A stretch of 49,740 nucleotides of DNA, the filler included, from Sphacelaria rigidula (Eukaryota): NCBI GenBank assembly GCA_964200075.2. It is 3 parts of 3 records of this genome, joined end to end, with 100 filler letters (N's around TTAATTAATTAA, not from the genome) between each part and the next. Parts side by side here need not be neighbours in the genome. Positions count along the whole stretch, not along the records: positions 16,617 to 33,131 come from CAXNAA020001331.1; positions 33,232 to 49,740 come from CAXNAA020001332.1; 1 more part is not named here. One strand, 5' to 3'. This document shows, in pieces, positions 23,646 through 36,000 of the stretch (position 1 is its first letter; each line of letters opens with the position of its first letter). The notes beneath the pieces were generated by a model. The model did no database searches. It worked only from the letters and a program-made list of their open reading frames with translations, and was not told the origin of the DNA. The translations under genes and the position numbers were made by a program.

Positions 23646-25382
23646 ACATTTTGTATTGTCCAGGGTGTGGAAAAAATCAAGCTGCTTTATCTTCGGCGAT
23701 CGCTGAGCGCCGGGTCTGAAAACGCCCAAAATTACGGGGATCTCGGCAGACTGAAGATGTACCGGGACAGAATCTGCTCAAATAAACTAGCGGGCGAAGC
23801 CCGCATCACAAGTCAGAACCCACACACAAAGAAGGTAACCCAAGGTGAGTTGAAAGAAGCGCGACTATGGCCGAGCGGTCACACTCGGCACTTGACCAAA
23901 AATGAGGACCCCCAAAATCAGGCGGAGGGCTAAAGCAGGACACATGTCCTGTTTCACTGTGCCGCAGCATAGACACACTTACGCCCTCTCTCATGTGTTG
24001 GAGCATTCACTGTACTCCGGGGTGTTGACGCATTGCGAAGACAGCTTGGATTGCATGAGCTGCGATATTGTCGTTGTGTTCGCCTCCCCAGAAATCAATG
24101 TCAGTCGGCACGCAGTGCTGGCTGCACACTGTTGAAAACTCCATGGTGTGTTGGCTGTTTCGCCTTTCGTGAAAAAATCAAGGCGCTGTCCGCTGCTACG
24201 ACACTCCTGCTGGTGCTGTGTGTTGGGGGAGTGTACTGTACTCTACTACTGTGTTTGTTCAGTGTACTCTACTGTGATACGTACTGTTACTATTAATGAT
24301 ACCATGTGAGTTCGGGCGTCATTGGCCGTGAGATTCGACCGTACGAACACTAGGTTCAAGACTACTCTCTCGACAATTCCCAAGCAAAATGAAGCGATCT
24401 GATGGGCAATTCACAAGCGATATGTCCCGCTCCAAATGCGGTCTGCCGGGATCTCCGAGAAAACAGTGCCGATAATGATGGGCCTTAGTATCAATTTTGA
24501 TCGTTTGCTTCTTTTTTTTGTATCGCGTCTGCGTGAGTTCTTCTGGGTCCAATTTCTCTTTCATTTACCCTACTCTCAGGTAGTCAGCCTGAGATTCAGA
24601 TGCCCAGTACAGAGTACTGCGGAGATATCGGAACGGTTTTTAATGTGAAAACAACAACAACAACAACAACTCCACGTTGCTTCTGCGATGCTTGCCTTTC
24701 TTTGTATCGCGAGGAAGGCCGAACGGTTTCTTTCCCTCGTCGGCGATGCGGTGAACTCGAATGCTTCGTAACCACGACATAGTCGCTCTAAGCTGTTGGC
24801 AAGATGTGAGGAAAAATTCCATGTTGTATGCCTTCACCGAGAATGTAATCCACATCCAACTCGTCAAAGAGTTGCGACCCGACCGACTGAGCCATCAGGG
24901 CAACCGACAAGGAGGGGCACACTATGCAAGAGAAGAACTCATCACTTACAGAAGTGAAACAGATCTTGAGAAACTCTGACGCATACCAAGAGTATCAGCA
25001 CGGCTTCTCGATAGCAGCTGTCTGGATGTACAGCTGGCTGCCTCTACATGCCTTGCACGTAGCCCCGAACCATTTCGAGGTATCTGTATGCGACTACCTT
25101 CTTGATGTAAGATCGTTGACCCGAGAGCTCACTAGAGATGTGGTCAGTGGATCCTCAGTGATGAGGCAGTGGAAGCAGTATAAGACAAACCCCACGGTTG
25201 CAGAGTCGTTGTGTCGTGAATTGATTGCTGATGCTAGGCCTAGACTCAGGTGGGAGTCTGGACAACGAAGTGATGCGAGGGAGCTGGGAACCAATCCTGA
25301 TAGCTCAGAACTAGAATATGACACATGTATAATCCTAGCAAACGGGGGAAGGCGTAATGCTTCCTTTGATCATCTTGTATGG

Positions 25383-26220
25383 TAGTCACGAAAACGCAGC
25401 TGTACGCAGATCGGGGGACCTCAGATCCGGAAACGCCTTTTCTGGACTCCAATTTGGCCCAAATCGGGGAAGCTCAGACTCGTATGTCAAGATTTGAGAA
25501 CGGTTTCCCCTGACTCTGAGCGCAGATCGGGGGAAAATGGAGGTCCTCCGGCTCTGTAGGAAGTGACGTACGTACATTGACGTACGGTGATAGGGCAACA
25601 GGTGTTCGAGATTTTTCCAACTGCAGCAGCAGATACCCTCGTGACAGCACAGGGCGTGCCTACCGGTGCCAGCTGCTGGAGCAGCTCAGCACGGGGTTTG
25701 ACAAGCAGGGAAGAAGTGTTGACGCCGTACCCTGCTGTGATGGTAATAATTTATGCTGCATTACGCTACTGTATGCACCATCATAATCCATGTACTTGAA
25801 GGGCGATGAATGTCGCTGCACTCGTGAACTCTTGCCGCACACTGTGCACTGTCGTCGCGATACCGACTGTATCGTCATGTATTCCCACACGGCATTACCG
25901 AGTAACGAGATTGTGGAGGCACTCCATTGCATTCCCCCTAGGGTACCACGGTACGACGCTGCTCTTGAAAGATGCCTCACTGTCTGCCTGTTCTTCGGCT
26001 TCATTGTGACACCACACCCCTGCAGAACATGACCCTCCGTGCCTAGAGAAATTTTACGAAATCTTCGGAGGATGACACATACAGGCGCACGCACGAATCT
26101 GGGTTTCGCGAATCTGAGACCCCCGATTTGGCACAGGTTGGGGTTCCGCCAGATTCGGGATTGACTGCCAAACAAGTTGGTCTTAGGATCTGGAACGATT
26201 CTTGGATCGATCCGTGATAG
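25383..26220. mobile_element. Degenerate MITE with inverted subterminal CA(A/G)ATCGGGG repeats
   Basis: CAGATCGGGGGACCTCAGATCCGGAAA (~25407) mirrors TTTCGCGAATCTGAGACCCCCGATTTG (~26104). Confidence 0.45.
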
Positions 26221-26974
26221 AATCACAAAATCAATGACAGGTGCGTGTCGTCAGTTGTCCGTGATACCACCACCGTGTCACCTACAGTGCAGTAGATCAC
26301 AGAACAGTATACGACGTTGATGCTGCACTGGTATGCCCGTGAATGGGGGCCTTAGCGACAAAAATCCGCGGTCAACAAATAAAAAAAAGAAACGCGGAGG
26401 GATAATGAAGACGCCATAGACTGGTTCGATCTGTGCCGAACCTCTGCCGAGCAGGAGACACTTTCCATCCCAAGTCTAGGTTTAGTATGCGACAGCTGTA
26501 ATCCTCTCCATCGCCTCGTTCTCAACACAGGAAGCAAAGCGGCCTGTGGCACTTCACACTACCCCGCACACACACTAGACCTACGGACTATAGGAGCCGA
26601 TTTGACCAATTCGCCATAGCGGACCCGAAAGGCCCCAGAGCGTTAAAGGTAACGCGTTTTCAAGTACATTTTGGGTTTGGTGCAGCGGTTTGCAGAGTGC
26701 TGCTGCCTCTGCAGTGCGCGTTCCGGAAAACCGTCTCTATACTCGCTAGTTCCGGTGTGTGGGGAGCACACGCATCAAACCGCAATCCAATCCTCTGCTT
26801 GGTTTCCGAGAAAATCTCGTTGAAAGAAAGGCACAACAAGAGACTGCAACAAAAGGGGCACAACAACAGCACGAGCAGTAGCTTCCATCCTCCTGTTGTT
26901 GTAAACCCGTGTACAGGTGTACAGCAAGGTCAGTCACAGGTTTGCTATACGAGCTGGTTCACGCGTATCACCCA

Positions 26975-27900
26975 AAACTGTGTCATCAGCAAATGCCTTT
27001 CGCAGTACCTACCCAATAGTCGCATGCATGATATCGTACTTACCACCATGAACAGCTCAAGAGCGTGACATAGCCGGATTTGTGTCTAGGGCCATTCTGG
27101 TAGCGCCCTTCAAATTGTTATGAAATTAAAAAAACACGAATTCCAAGCCCAATTTTCACCGAATGTCCACATGCTTCAAATCGTAGTAACCGCCATCGGC
27201 TCGGGAATCAAACGGGGAAAACAGATTTAAAGACGGTTGAAACGGGGTCGAATTATACCTGAAACCGTGATGTTTCGTTAATGTGGAGTTTCGACGTCGT
27301 CTCATTTTCACTAATGATACGCACGAAAGACCCAGGAAGCCTCGTGAGGGTTTGCCCTATATCTGTAGTAGAAAAGCTCAGATCACCCCCTTGTAGGTAT
27401 TGATACTCCAATTGGAAAAATTGCGTTCTTCACAATACCAACAAAAACTTCCGTTCTCTACCGGCTGCCGGGGGTCCCAGTATAAAGACCCCCGGAAGGC
27501 GGTACAGAATACCTCAATAGAAAAATAACAATACGATGCCTCCCGGAATAGTCCAAGGAACACATGTACAAGGTTTGGTCGAGAAACTCGAAATCATCAC
27601 ATAGTTTTTCTTGCCTTGAAGTAAAATTCATCCAAAATGACGTTTTCATACTAAAACCAAGTAGTTACGAGTTGCATGTTTCAAGTTCACGTCCTCGCAC
27701 AAACACGCAAACCTTCACGCAGTTATTAGGAGTTAGACCCTGAAACCTTGCACAAATGTGCTATGGATTATTACGCAAGTTTCGACGGACAAGGTTTTTT
27801 ACTTCTTTATTTTTTCACCGTTTTTCGGGGGTCCGACGTGATTCGAGTCGTTTTTTCGGAGTAGTCTCCATTCGGGGACCCCGGAAAACCGGCACTGCGA
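26975..27900. repeat. Dispersed repeat, inverted paralogue of 36290-37570
   Basis: GAATTCCAAGCCCAATTTTCACC, GCGTGACATAGCCG and AAATGCCTTTCGCA are mirrored at 37350-37550. Confidence 0.8.
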
Positions 27901-28599
27901 CTTTTCTTTCGTTTTTTTGCGAACAAGCTGTTGCCGCATAACCCGAGGCAGAGCCCAACGAAAATTCGTCGTAAAACTCGATTAACTGATGCTTACATTT
28001 CTATGTTCACGTCAAAGAAGGCCCAAAAACGTCACTTTCGTACTAAAATCGAGCGGTTTGCGGTTTCACCGTGGCACGGCAAAGTTCATCGCACAAACGC
28101 GAAAAACCTCACACCGTCTCAAGCCTTTGACCGCGAGGATAAGTCACCTGCTGGATAGGCATCAATTTTTACTCGAAAAAAGTACGCATTGTGCAGATGG
28201 ACTACCCGCACCACGGTCTGAGGGTTAAGGAGTTAGACCCAGAATGTTTGCACAACTGTCATGGGTGGGAATGGCGGCCAATTTTGGGTACTATATTCCT
28301 AGAAAGTGCAAACTGAACGCTATATGCGTCAGAAGTGATTCGTAACCCAACGAATCATATCAATGGGAAATACGCGCGTCACCTACAAATAACGATCTGG
28401 CTCATATGAAACGAAATATATTTACAGTACATTTATCCAAGTCTGGAAATGGTCGGTGTTGAGGTGATATTGTTACTCCGGATAGCTCGCTCCACAACAG
28501 TAGGTGGAAACTCTTATTGCACTAGCTAGTGTCCTGCTTCTGTCTGTACCACTCGGGAAGCACACGCCCCCCAGCTGCCACCCCACGTGTACCGTCATC

Positions 28600-29350
28600 G
28601 CGAAGATAACACGACAAGGACACAAGCAGCAGCAGTTGTGGCCGCCACACACCAACGTAACTGTAGTGAAAGGCGTGCTTGACAGAGTGCTAGAACGAGA
28701 ATGTACGGAAATTTGGAGATCATGAGGAGCAGCGTCGTGCATGTGAAAAATACGGAGAATGACGTTGATGATGTTGACGATCAAGAGGTTCACGCTGTGC
28801 GGATTGGTTGCGCGCTGCATGTCCTACACATAGCTGTGACTGTTGGATTGGAGAGTGAATTTTTCATGGGCCCCGTGGGGCCGATGGGGTCAAGGTCATG
28901 GCATGAGTGGAAGGAATCCCATCTTGTCGGCCGCTTGGGCACGGTCTGATACACTTGGTCCAAATCAACATCTTCAACGTCAATTTTCTCTAACTTCAAA
29001 ATCTCGTAAGGGACGAAGTTGGACAAACGTGACAAAAAGCAATTGTGAGGCCGGCAGAGACCGGATGGATGGTGATATGGGAGGGGGCGACGCTCCTCAA
29101 ATGAGGTGAATTGGTGAGTCACCGACTGCGCTCCTTCTCGCCTGTGTAGTGTCCCGTTTAAACAGCGAGTTGGCTCATGTCGCATAGCTTTCATGTTCTT
29201 TGCAACATGTACAGGCAGTCACGTGAGACATCGTTGCTCTGCCGACCCGGTAATACATGGCCAGTGCGTCATCGAAAGTAAAAATCGCTCTGGACACCTT
29301 GGGTTCTGTCTCGAAACCGTCTGCAACAAGACAGCCGTATTTCAACGGTG
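28600..29350 (+). pseudogene. hAT-like transposase remnant
   Basis: RIGCALHVLHIAV (hAT C..H motif, ~28800) followed in another frame by PAETGWMVIWEG (degenerate TRW motif, ~29052). Contains stops and frameshifts. Confidence 0.55.
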
Positions 29351-29381
29351 AACTCGTCCTCTAAGAGTCAAGGAATAAAAG

Positions 29382-31063
29382 CAAGGTTGTGTTCTGTAGG
29401 GTACGATTTCCTGTATACCCGGAGTATGTTGCCGGGTATTTACCGTACCCGACAGTTCTGTGACCTTTGCAAGACTTTCATACCGGTACTCGACAGTTCT
29501 GTAATCTCTGTAAGACTTTTACACCCTTACCCGATAGTTCTGCAATCTCTGTAAGACTCTCGTACCGTCACAGGGGGGCACGGGTATGCTCTTGATGAGA
29601 TACCTGATTGCGGGTACATTTTTCTGTGCAACCTCCGTACCCTACCCGACAGTTTCTGTGAGTTCTGTAAGCCTCCCGTACCCTTACCCGACAGTTCTGT
29701 GCGTTATGTACAAAATGTTTACCCGTACCCGGAGCGCGGGTATGCTCTTGAAGAAATACCCGATTGCCGGTACCGGTTTTCTGTGAGCCTCACATCCCGT
29801 ACCCGACAAGTTCTGTAATATCTGTAAGACTTTCATACCGGTACCCGGCAGTTCTGTGAGCTCTGTAAGCCTCCCATACCCCTATCCGCGGTTAGGATAT
29901 ACCGTTATAGGTATACCCGATTGCAGGTTTGAGCACAGGTAGATACATACCTTGGGGAGGTGCGGATATAGGTTAAATCCAAACACATGACCTGAAAATG
30001 TACTTCCCATCGATCAACACCCCCAGCTCCTTCGTTCACTTGGAAAATTGTTTAGTTTGGGATCTGACGGGATACGAGGTACCGCTGAGTGGAAACACGA
30101 CACATGAGCAGCCCTGCAGACCGTCAGGATGGATCACCCCAAGACTCGAGTGGTGGCTCGGGCGGGGGTGGTTCATCCGCGCCACCAGAGGATGACGTAG
30201 CAAGACGCACGTTATCGACGTTGATGGTGATTGTGTTGTGGTCAAACAACCCTAGGCCGTTATCGACATGTACAGCGCAGAGTATGAGCTGCCACCGAAA
30301 GTCGTCAACGCCGTCGGCGATTTTGTCGCGTGCCGAAGGGCTTCCAGGGGACAGGCAGCCGTGAATGCTCCCTCCTGTACTCTCTGGGAGTGTGCGTGAG
30401 GCCGATAGATGTTGACGATCCCGTGCACATGTACTACTGCGATTGTTCGTGCAGCCTTTCCCCATCAACCCTGTGAAGCCGTTCAGAGTTTTCGTGAACT
30501 TTCGTCTGTATTTTAGCCACTATTGTAGCGACGTAGGTCCCACCACAGGGGTGATGATAACCCCAAGATCGTGTTCTGTAGGGTACGGTTTTCTGCATAC
30601 CCGGGGTATTTTGAGGGATATATACCGTACCCGACAGTTATGTAATCTCTGTAAGACTCTCATACCCTTACCCAATAGTTCTGTGAGTTCTGTAAGCCTC
30701 CCGTGCCTTTACCGGGGAGCACGGGTACGCTCTTGATGAGATACCCGGTTGCGGGTACGGTTTTCTGAGCAACCTCCATACCCTACCCGACAGTTTCTAT
30801 GAGTTCTCGAAGCCTCCCGTACCCTTACCCGACAGTTTTGTGAGTTCTGTACAAAAACTCTAACCAACCCCGAGGGGTGGGTATCCCTGAAAGAGTTACC
30901 CGATTACCGGTACCGGTTTTTTGTAAGCGTCCCATACCGTACCCGACAAGTTTTGTAATTTCTGTAAGACTTTCATACCGGTACCCGACAGTTCTGTAAG
31001 TTCTGTAAGGAATCTTTTACCCTACAGAATGTACCCGTAACCTACAGAAAGAACACAACCTTG
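29382..31063. mobile_element. CAAGG-terminated MITE family: two ~500-bp ACCCGACAGTTCTGT-rich copies (29382-29890 and 30564-31063)
   Basis: Left TIR CAAGGTTGTGTTCTGTAGG at 29382 with a variant at 30564. Right TIR CCTACAGAAAGAACACAACCTTG ends at 31063. Confidence 0.75.
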
Positions 31064-31089
31064 GATAAAAAGTTATTCGTTCATGATAC

Positions 31090-31920
31090 GTGAAGTTGTC
31101 CTTTGTGCACATCCCCACAGAACAGAGCAGCACATGGCGGACCGCCACCAAAGCAAGTGTTATGACATTGATTGGTGCCAGAAAATTAACATTGGGTCGA
31201 AGATGCGAGTTGGCGCAAATCGCATGGTTTACATCTTTTTTGCAGTATGTACTCGTTCAGGCAGTCACTTGACAAATCGTGGCTCTGCCGACCTGGGCAT
31301 ACATATATTGCGTAGTCAAAAATAAAAATCACTCTTCGCGCCTTGGCTTCTCCGCTGGAACCTTCAGACACAACAGCCAAAGCTCATGTGTGGCGTCACC
31401 CTCTGCAACTCAATACATGAAGGGAACTCGCCGTTCAAACGCGAATTTGCTCTGTGTGCACAGCCGTACAGAACGAAGCAGCACCTGGTGGCACGCCACA
31501 AAGTGAAATGCCGTCACACACTACTCGCCGCAAGAAAAAAAACACGCAGCCCAAAACAAAGCTTGTCGAACGTCGCGTAGTTTGAATCTCATTCTTATAT
31601 TATTAATAGTATATACAGTTACTAAATACATGACCACAGTCGCCAGCAGATGTAGGGCAGGGTGCACATACTAAAATCGCTCTCGACGCCTTGGCTTGTG
31701 CACTGGACCCCTGACAAGAAGCAGCCACCAGCTTCGTCTTTCTTCCGTGAACTCTCCCTCTGTAATTCGACATTTGAAAGGATACTCGTTGTTGAAGGGC
31801 AAAATTGTCCTTTGCGCACAGCTGCACAGAACAAAGCAGCGCCTGGTGGCACGCAACCAAACTGCATGTCGTCACAACTTGCTTGCGACAAGAAAAAAAT
31901 ATGTGCACCGATTTTTTGGA
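31090..31920. repeat. Diverged ~355-bp tandem repeat (about 2.5-3 units)
   Basis: GCACA.C...ACAGAAC..AGCAGC.C.TGG.GG recurs near 31106, 31458 and 31815. Confidence 0.75.
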
Positions 31921-32456
31921 CCTTGCCATCTTCGACCCTGGACGACGCTACTGATCCTCAACCCAAAAGTGCCGATCGCGCAACGCCGAGAACTCGGCAA
32001 CGAAGCAAAGGATTGGGCTGCGGTTTCTTGTGTGCGCTCCCCAAACACCCAAGCTAGGTCACCGAGTTACATTTTTGCGTTTGCGCATGATGATAAGTCG
32101 CAAAAAAAACAAATATACCAAAATGAGGTATTTTGCGCTCTGGGGGGGGATTTCCGGCCCGCTGACGCGACGCCAGCAAAATATGAATCCAGATTTCCTA
32201 CGAGTAGATCTTGTGTGTATGCGGGGGGCTGTGAAGTGCCGTGGGCTGGCTTGCTTCCTGTGTCGAGAACCGCGCCATCTCCAGTACTACAGGTTTCCCA
32301 CACAAAACCAAGTTAATAAGTGATGAAGCATGTGTTCTGTTCGTGAGGGCCTCGGCACAGGTCCGACCACCTACTGACGCGTTCATTATTCCTCCGCGTT
32401 ATTTAATATTTTAAATTCGGTCGTAAGGGCCCCATTCCTACGCATAATTGATGTTT

Positions 32457-33110
32457 CAGGCTGGGCCGCCCAAGAAGCCACCAGGAATGTTGAAACGCAT
32501 TTCCTTCGCTAAACTTCGGATCGTTTTCGATAAAATTTTGACGCGATGTACAGGACGTATGTGCGAACACTTCACCTCCCACCCCCTGTTTTTTTTTTCG
32601 TTGGTTATTGGCAATTTTGTTTCGTAAAAAACTGTTCTGAAATGTTCCTTTGCCAATAACTCACGAAGAAAAAAACAAAAGCAGGGGATGGAAGGTGAGG
32701 TATTCGCACATACGTCCTGTACATCGTGTCGAAATTTCATCGAAAACGATCCAAAATTGAGCGAAGAAAATGCGTCATTCCGTCGACAAGCGGTTTTTTT
32801 AGAATATGGAGGTGGACCAGTTACGAATAATTCAAACGCATTTCCTGCGCTCAATTTTGGATTGTTTCCGAGGAAATTTTGAGACGATGCACAGAACGTA
32901 TGTGCGAATACCGAACCTTCCCTCTTACGTTTTTTTCATTTTTCTGCGTGAGTTACTGTCGATTTTGTTCCGAAAAAAACTCTTCTGAAATGTTCCGTCG
33001 TCATTAACTCACGAAGAAAAGAAAAAACATACGGGAGGAACGAAGAGGTGTTTGCACATACGTCCTGTACATCATGTCGAAATTTCATCGAAAACGACCG
33101 AGTATTGAGC
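32457..33110. repeat. Repeat family with alternating-orientation modules, copy 1 (cut by the gap)
   Basis: Starts GCTGGGCCGCCCAAGAA.CCACCAGGAATGTTGAAACGCATT, as at 48807. CGATGTACAGGACGTATG occurs in both orientations. Confidence 0.85.
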
Positions 33111-33131
33111 TCGGGAATCGTGCCACAGCTT

Positions 33132-33231
33132 NNNNNNNNNNNNNNNNNNNNNNNNNNNNNNNNNNNNNNNNNNNNTTAATTAATTAANNNNNNNNNNNNN
33201 NNNNNNNNNNNNNNNNNNNNNNNNNNNNNNN
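33132..33231. other. Assembly gap with six-frame-stop linker
   Basis: N-run, TTAATTAATTAA, N-run. Confidence 0.95.
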
Positions 33232-33489
33232 TTTCGATCATATCTCTTACTTTTGCCTTGTACCCCGCGTCTTCCTCTATGGACAGCATTTCGTCTTGGT
33301 TTCCGTGTACCGGGGAGAGATGGGTAGATACTGTATATTCCTTGAGACCACGGACCCGCCCCGAGGATGGGGAGGAGATAGAAACGAAAAAAAAGTGTGG
33401 TTTCTTGCAATCAGTTGTAGTGTTACACACACACGTACAACGTGCAATATCTCTCCAGTACTACATAGTATATGTATCTCAACATGTTT

Positions 33490-33873
33490 CAGCATACACT
33501 GTGCGTGCTGTCATCCCGTCTATTCTGGACGCCAGTCTACATATTTCGGTATATGTGGGGGCATCAGCTGGGGTTACACAGGAAGAAGGTCAACACAGGA
33601 GTGTTTAGTTTGTTTCAGCACTCCACCTTCTCTCTACGGTGCTAGCCTCACTTTCTTTTTCATCTTACTCTTCATCTCGAAAAGGTTTCAGTGGCCCCTT
33701 TTCCTCGTCAGCCGTGAAGTCGTTTTTTTGTGTACTCACGACACAGGCGCTCTCCACTGTTGGGCATCATGTCAGAAAAAATCTGAGATTGTGTGACTTC
33801 ACCGAGATTCGAGTCGACCTCCCAACCGTCAGAATATTTCGAGGTTACCAACTGAGCCATGGAGGCGATCGGC
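33490..33873 (-). mobile_element. tRNA-derived SINE
   Basis: Minus-strand head GCCGATCGCCTCCATGGCTCAGTTGGTAACC...GACTCGAATCTCGG has box A and a degenerate box B. The body is shared with 19540-19650. Confidence 0.7.
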
Positions 33874-34259
33874 TTTACAGTGCGTATCTATTTGTCTTCA
33901 TACACACATATGTTTCACGGCTGAATATCGTTCCGGCTCGTGTGAGTGACACGCTTGAGAAACTTCTTGAGAAAAAGCAGGTGCTAAAAGAGAGGCAGAT
34001 ACTGTTATATGAATTTGGCGGGCATTCTGTGCACAAAAAAAATCTTCGACCGTAAATATTACAAAAAGAAAACACTAAGGTCCGGTAAGCGATGGGCCGG
34101 TGAACCACCAACACAACGTACACGCTAGCTGTCCTAAATCAAAGAGAGTGCAACAGATGCGGACACATGCGACGGGGGGAATGTTCTGCTCTCAGTGGAT
34201 CAAGTTTCAATACATATATACCTGAAGGTGGGCTCTCTCTAGGTTCTCTCTAAGAGCCA

Positions 34260-36000
34260 TTGAATGTGTGGTCATAAGATAGCTGTACACAAGATAAACA
34301 GAACGGAAGTACTCATCAAATGTAACTGCAGCGAGGAGAGGGAAGGGGGTCGAAAAAAATAGAGGGGGAAACCAAAGAAAACACAGCGCAAAAGTGGAAA
34401 AGTCAATCGAAACGAAACAATTTCACTACTATAACACAAGAACAAGAAAAGAGAGAGAGTGCAATTAGACACAAACAATAACAGAACAAACAGAACAAAC
34501 AGAACAAAACACATTTTTGTTTTGTCTTGGATACGTGTATCATGTGACCACGGCTGGATCCCTGGGGGGTTAGTTAAAGTGCGACAGTCAATCAATCAAT
34601 CATAAGAACAGAAAAGACAAGCACAAGCACAAGCCAAACGACGCGACAACGAGATGCTGGTTGTGGGAATGATCGCAAGAGGAACGGATGTGCTCGGTTT
34701 GTGTCACACCTGTCCCGCCTGCCACTTCCTCGTCTCCTTCTCAATGTCTCCTGCGGACTGCGCACGCGGTCCCACGAGCGGTTGGCTCATGAGCACGTCA
34801 AACAGCTGAACAGTCGTGGATTATGACACAAAAACGTTTCGAAACAGCAAATGCGCGGTGATACATCAATCAATTTGACGTCGCGGAAAATAACAGCAAA
34901 GAAAAAGAACAACGTGTACTTCATTCATTCAAGAAATTTGAGGCAAAACAATCATGTATATCACCGTATAGCAACGGTTGTGCAGCTGCTTGTTTGGCCG
35001 CGGCTTGTTTGGTCATTTTCCATGAAGTTGCCCGCTACGAACCCAGATATGGTTACATGGACCTACTCGAGGGAAATGAACGGTAATAGAAACGCTCGCT
35101 AAGGCAAACCGAAGAAACGTCGGGAAATTTGATTGATGATTGTTGGTTGCATCAAGTGATTCTCGAGGGACCCAGCCGTCGTTACAAGATAGATACATGT
35201 CTCCAAGATGAACGAAACGGAACTTCTCGCTGAAGAAAAAGAAAATTGAGATAGCGTATATACATATAACCATATTCTTTCATTTTTCTCTCGTTTTTTT
35301 TTCATTTTTCTCCTGTTTCTCCTGTTTGTTCCTGATTACGAGCTGGAGTGTTGCAATCAGCCACGTCATGCACGATCATCATCCTTTTTGTCTTTGTTCG
35401 TGCTTGTGTCTGTCTATGTGTTTGTGGTTATTTTGTTGTTATTGCTGTTGTTGTTTGTTGTTGTTGTTGTTGTTATCGCTGCCCCTTTTCTTTCCTTTCT
35501 GAGGCCGTTGCTTCTGTCGTTTTTCTGTTTCTTTCTTTCTTTTTTGTATTCTTTTTTATTGTTCTGTTCTATTCTTGTTGCTCCTGACTACGGGCTGGAT
35601 TGTTGCAATCAGCTAATGTGAGATAATCAAATCAATCAATCATAACCAAAAGGTATAAACTGAGGGGAAAATGAACAAATAAATGAAAATAAACACCCAA
35701 ACATAAACGGAAGCAAAACCATGCAGGAAGGGAAAGGAAAGGAAGGAAGAAGTAGAAAAAAATAAGTAAAACAAAGAAAAAAAGAAACAACTGAACAAAC
35801 CTTAAGATGGCCGATTCCTGCAGGATACCTTCAGGTGAAAAAAAATGTCGCGCGCAAAGAATCCAAGATATACACGGGGGAAACAGAGAGTTAACTACCA
35901 TGAACGCCAGGCCAAGAACTAGTATCCGTTCCCGTCGGAGTAAAACCCCGTCCGCCCCCTGCCAGAACCTGAGGCAGCCATGCTGCTGTACACAAAGCAG
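34260..36000. mobile_element. Cluster of non-LTR retroelement 3' ends flanking FAN exon 8
   Basis: CGGCTGG.TCCCT.G...(AATC)n family at 34545-34601 (+) and 35130-35300 (-). A second family is at 35330-35641 (+), with A/G-rich 3'-UTR-like tracts. Confidence 0.6.
34710..34805 (-). CDS. NSMAF: FAN-like exon 8, start of BEACH domain (...ETRKWQAGQ)
   Basis: ttcag|CTG acceptor and CAG|GTGTGA donor; 32 codons ending in the T.KWQ.G motif that opens BEACH domains. Confidence 0.85.

Larger units (their letters stand above)
21594..23669. mobile_element. 2076-bp non-autonomous TIR transposon with 8-bp TSD
   Basis: Perfect 19-bp TIR CACACCCTGGACAATACAA at 21594, with its reverse complement ending at 23669. 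GAAAAAAT is duplicated at 21586-21593 and 23670-23677. Confidence 0.9.
26338..32440. mobile_element. Old ~6.1-kb DNA transposon bounded by ~250-bp degenerate inverted repeats, with nested insertions
   Basis: 26342-26590 is the diverged reverse complement of 32200-32437 (AATGGGG.CCTTA.CGAC, AACGCGGAGG.ATAATGAA, ACACAGGAAGCAA, GGCACTTCACA, CCCCGCA.ACACAC). No TSD was found. Confidence 0.6.

Noticed and set aside
24761-25385. ORFs 24761-24979 and 24924-25385 as a transposase or host gene
   Set aside because: No family motif recognisable by eye, so left unassigned.
33240-33400. Next FAN exon near the contig end
   Set aside because: Lacks the expected SN..YL..LN BEACH motif and has no good acceptor.
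33800-33873. tRNA gene
   Set aside because: Box B is degenerate, no convincing cloverleaf forms, and it continues into a repeated body, so it is a SINE head.
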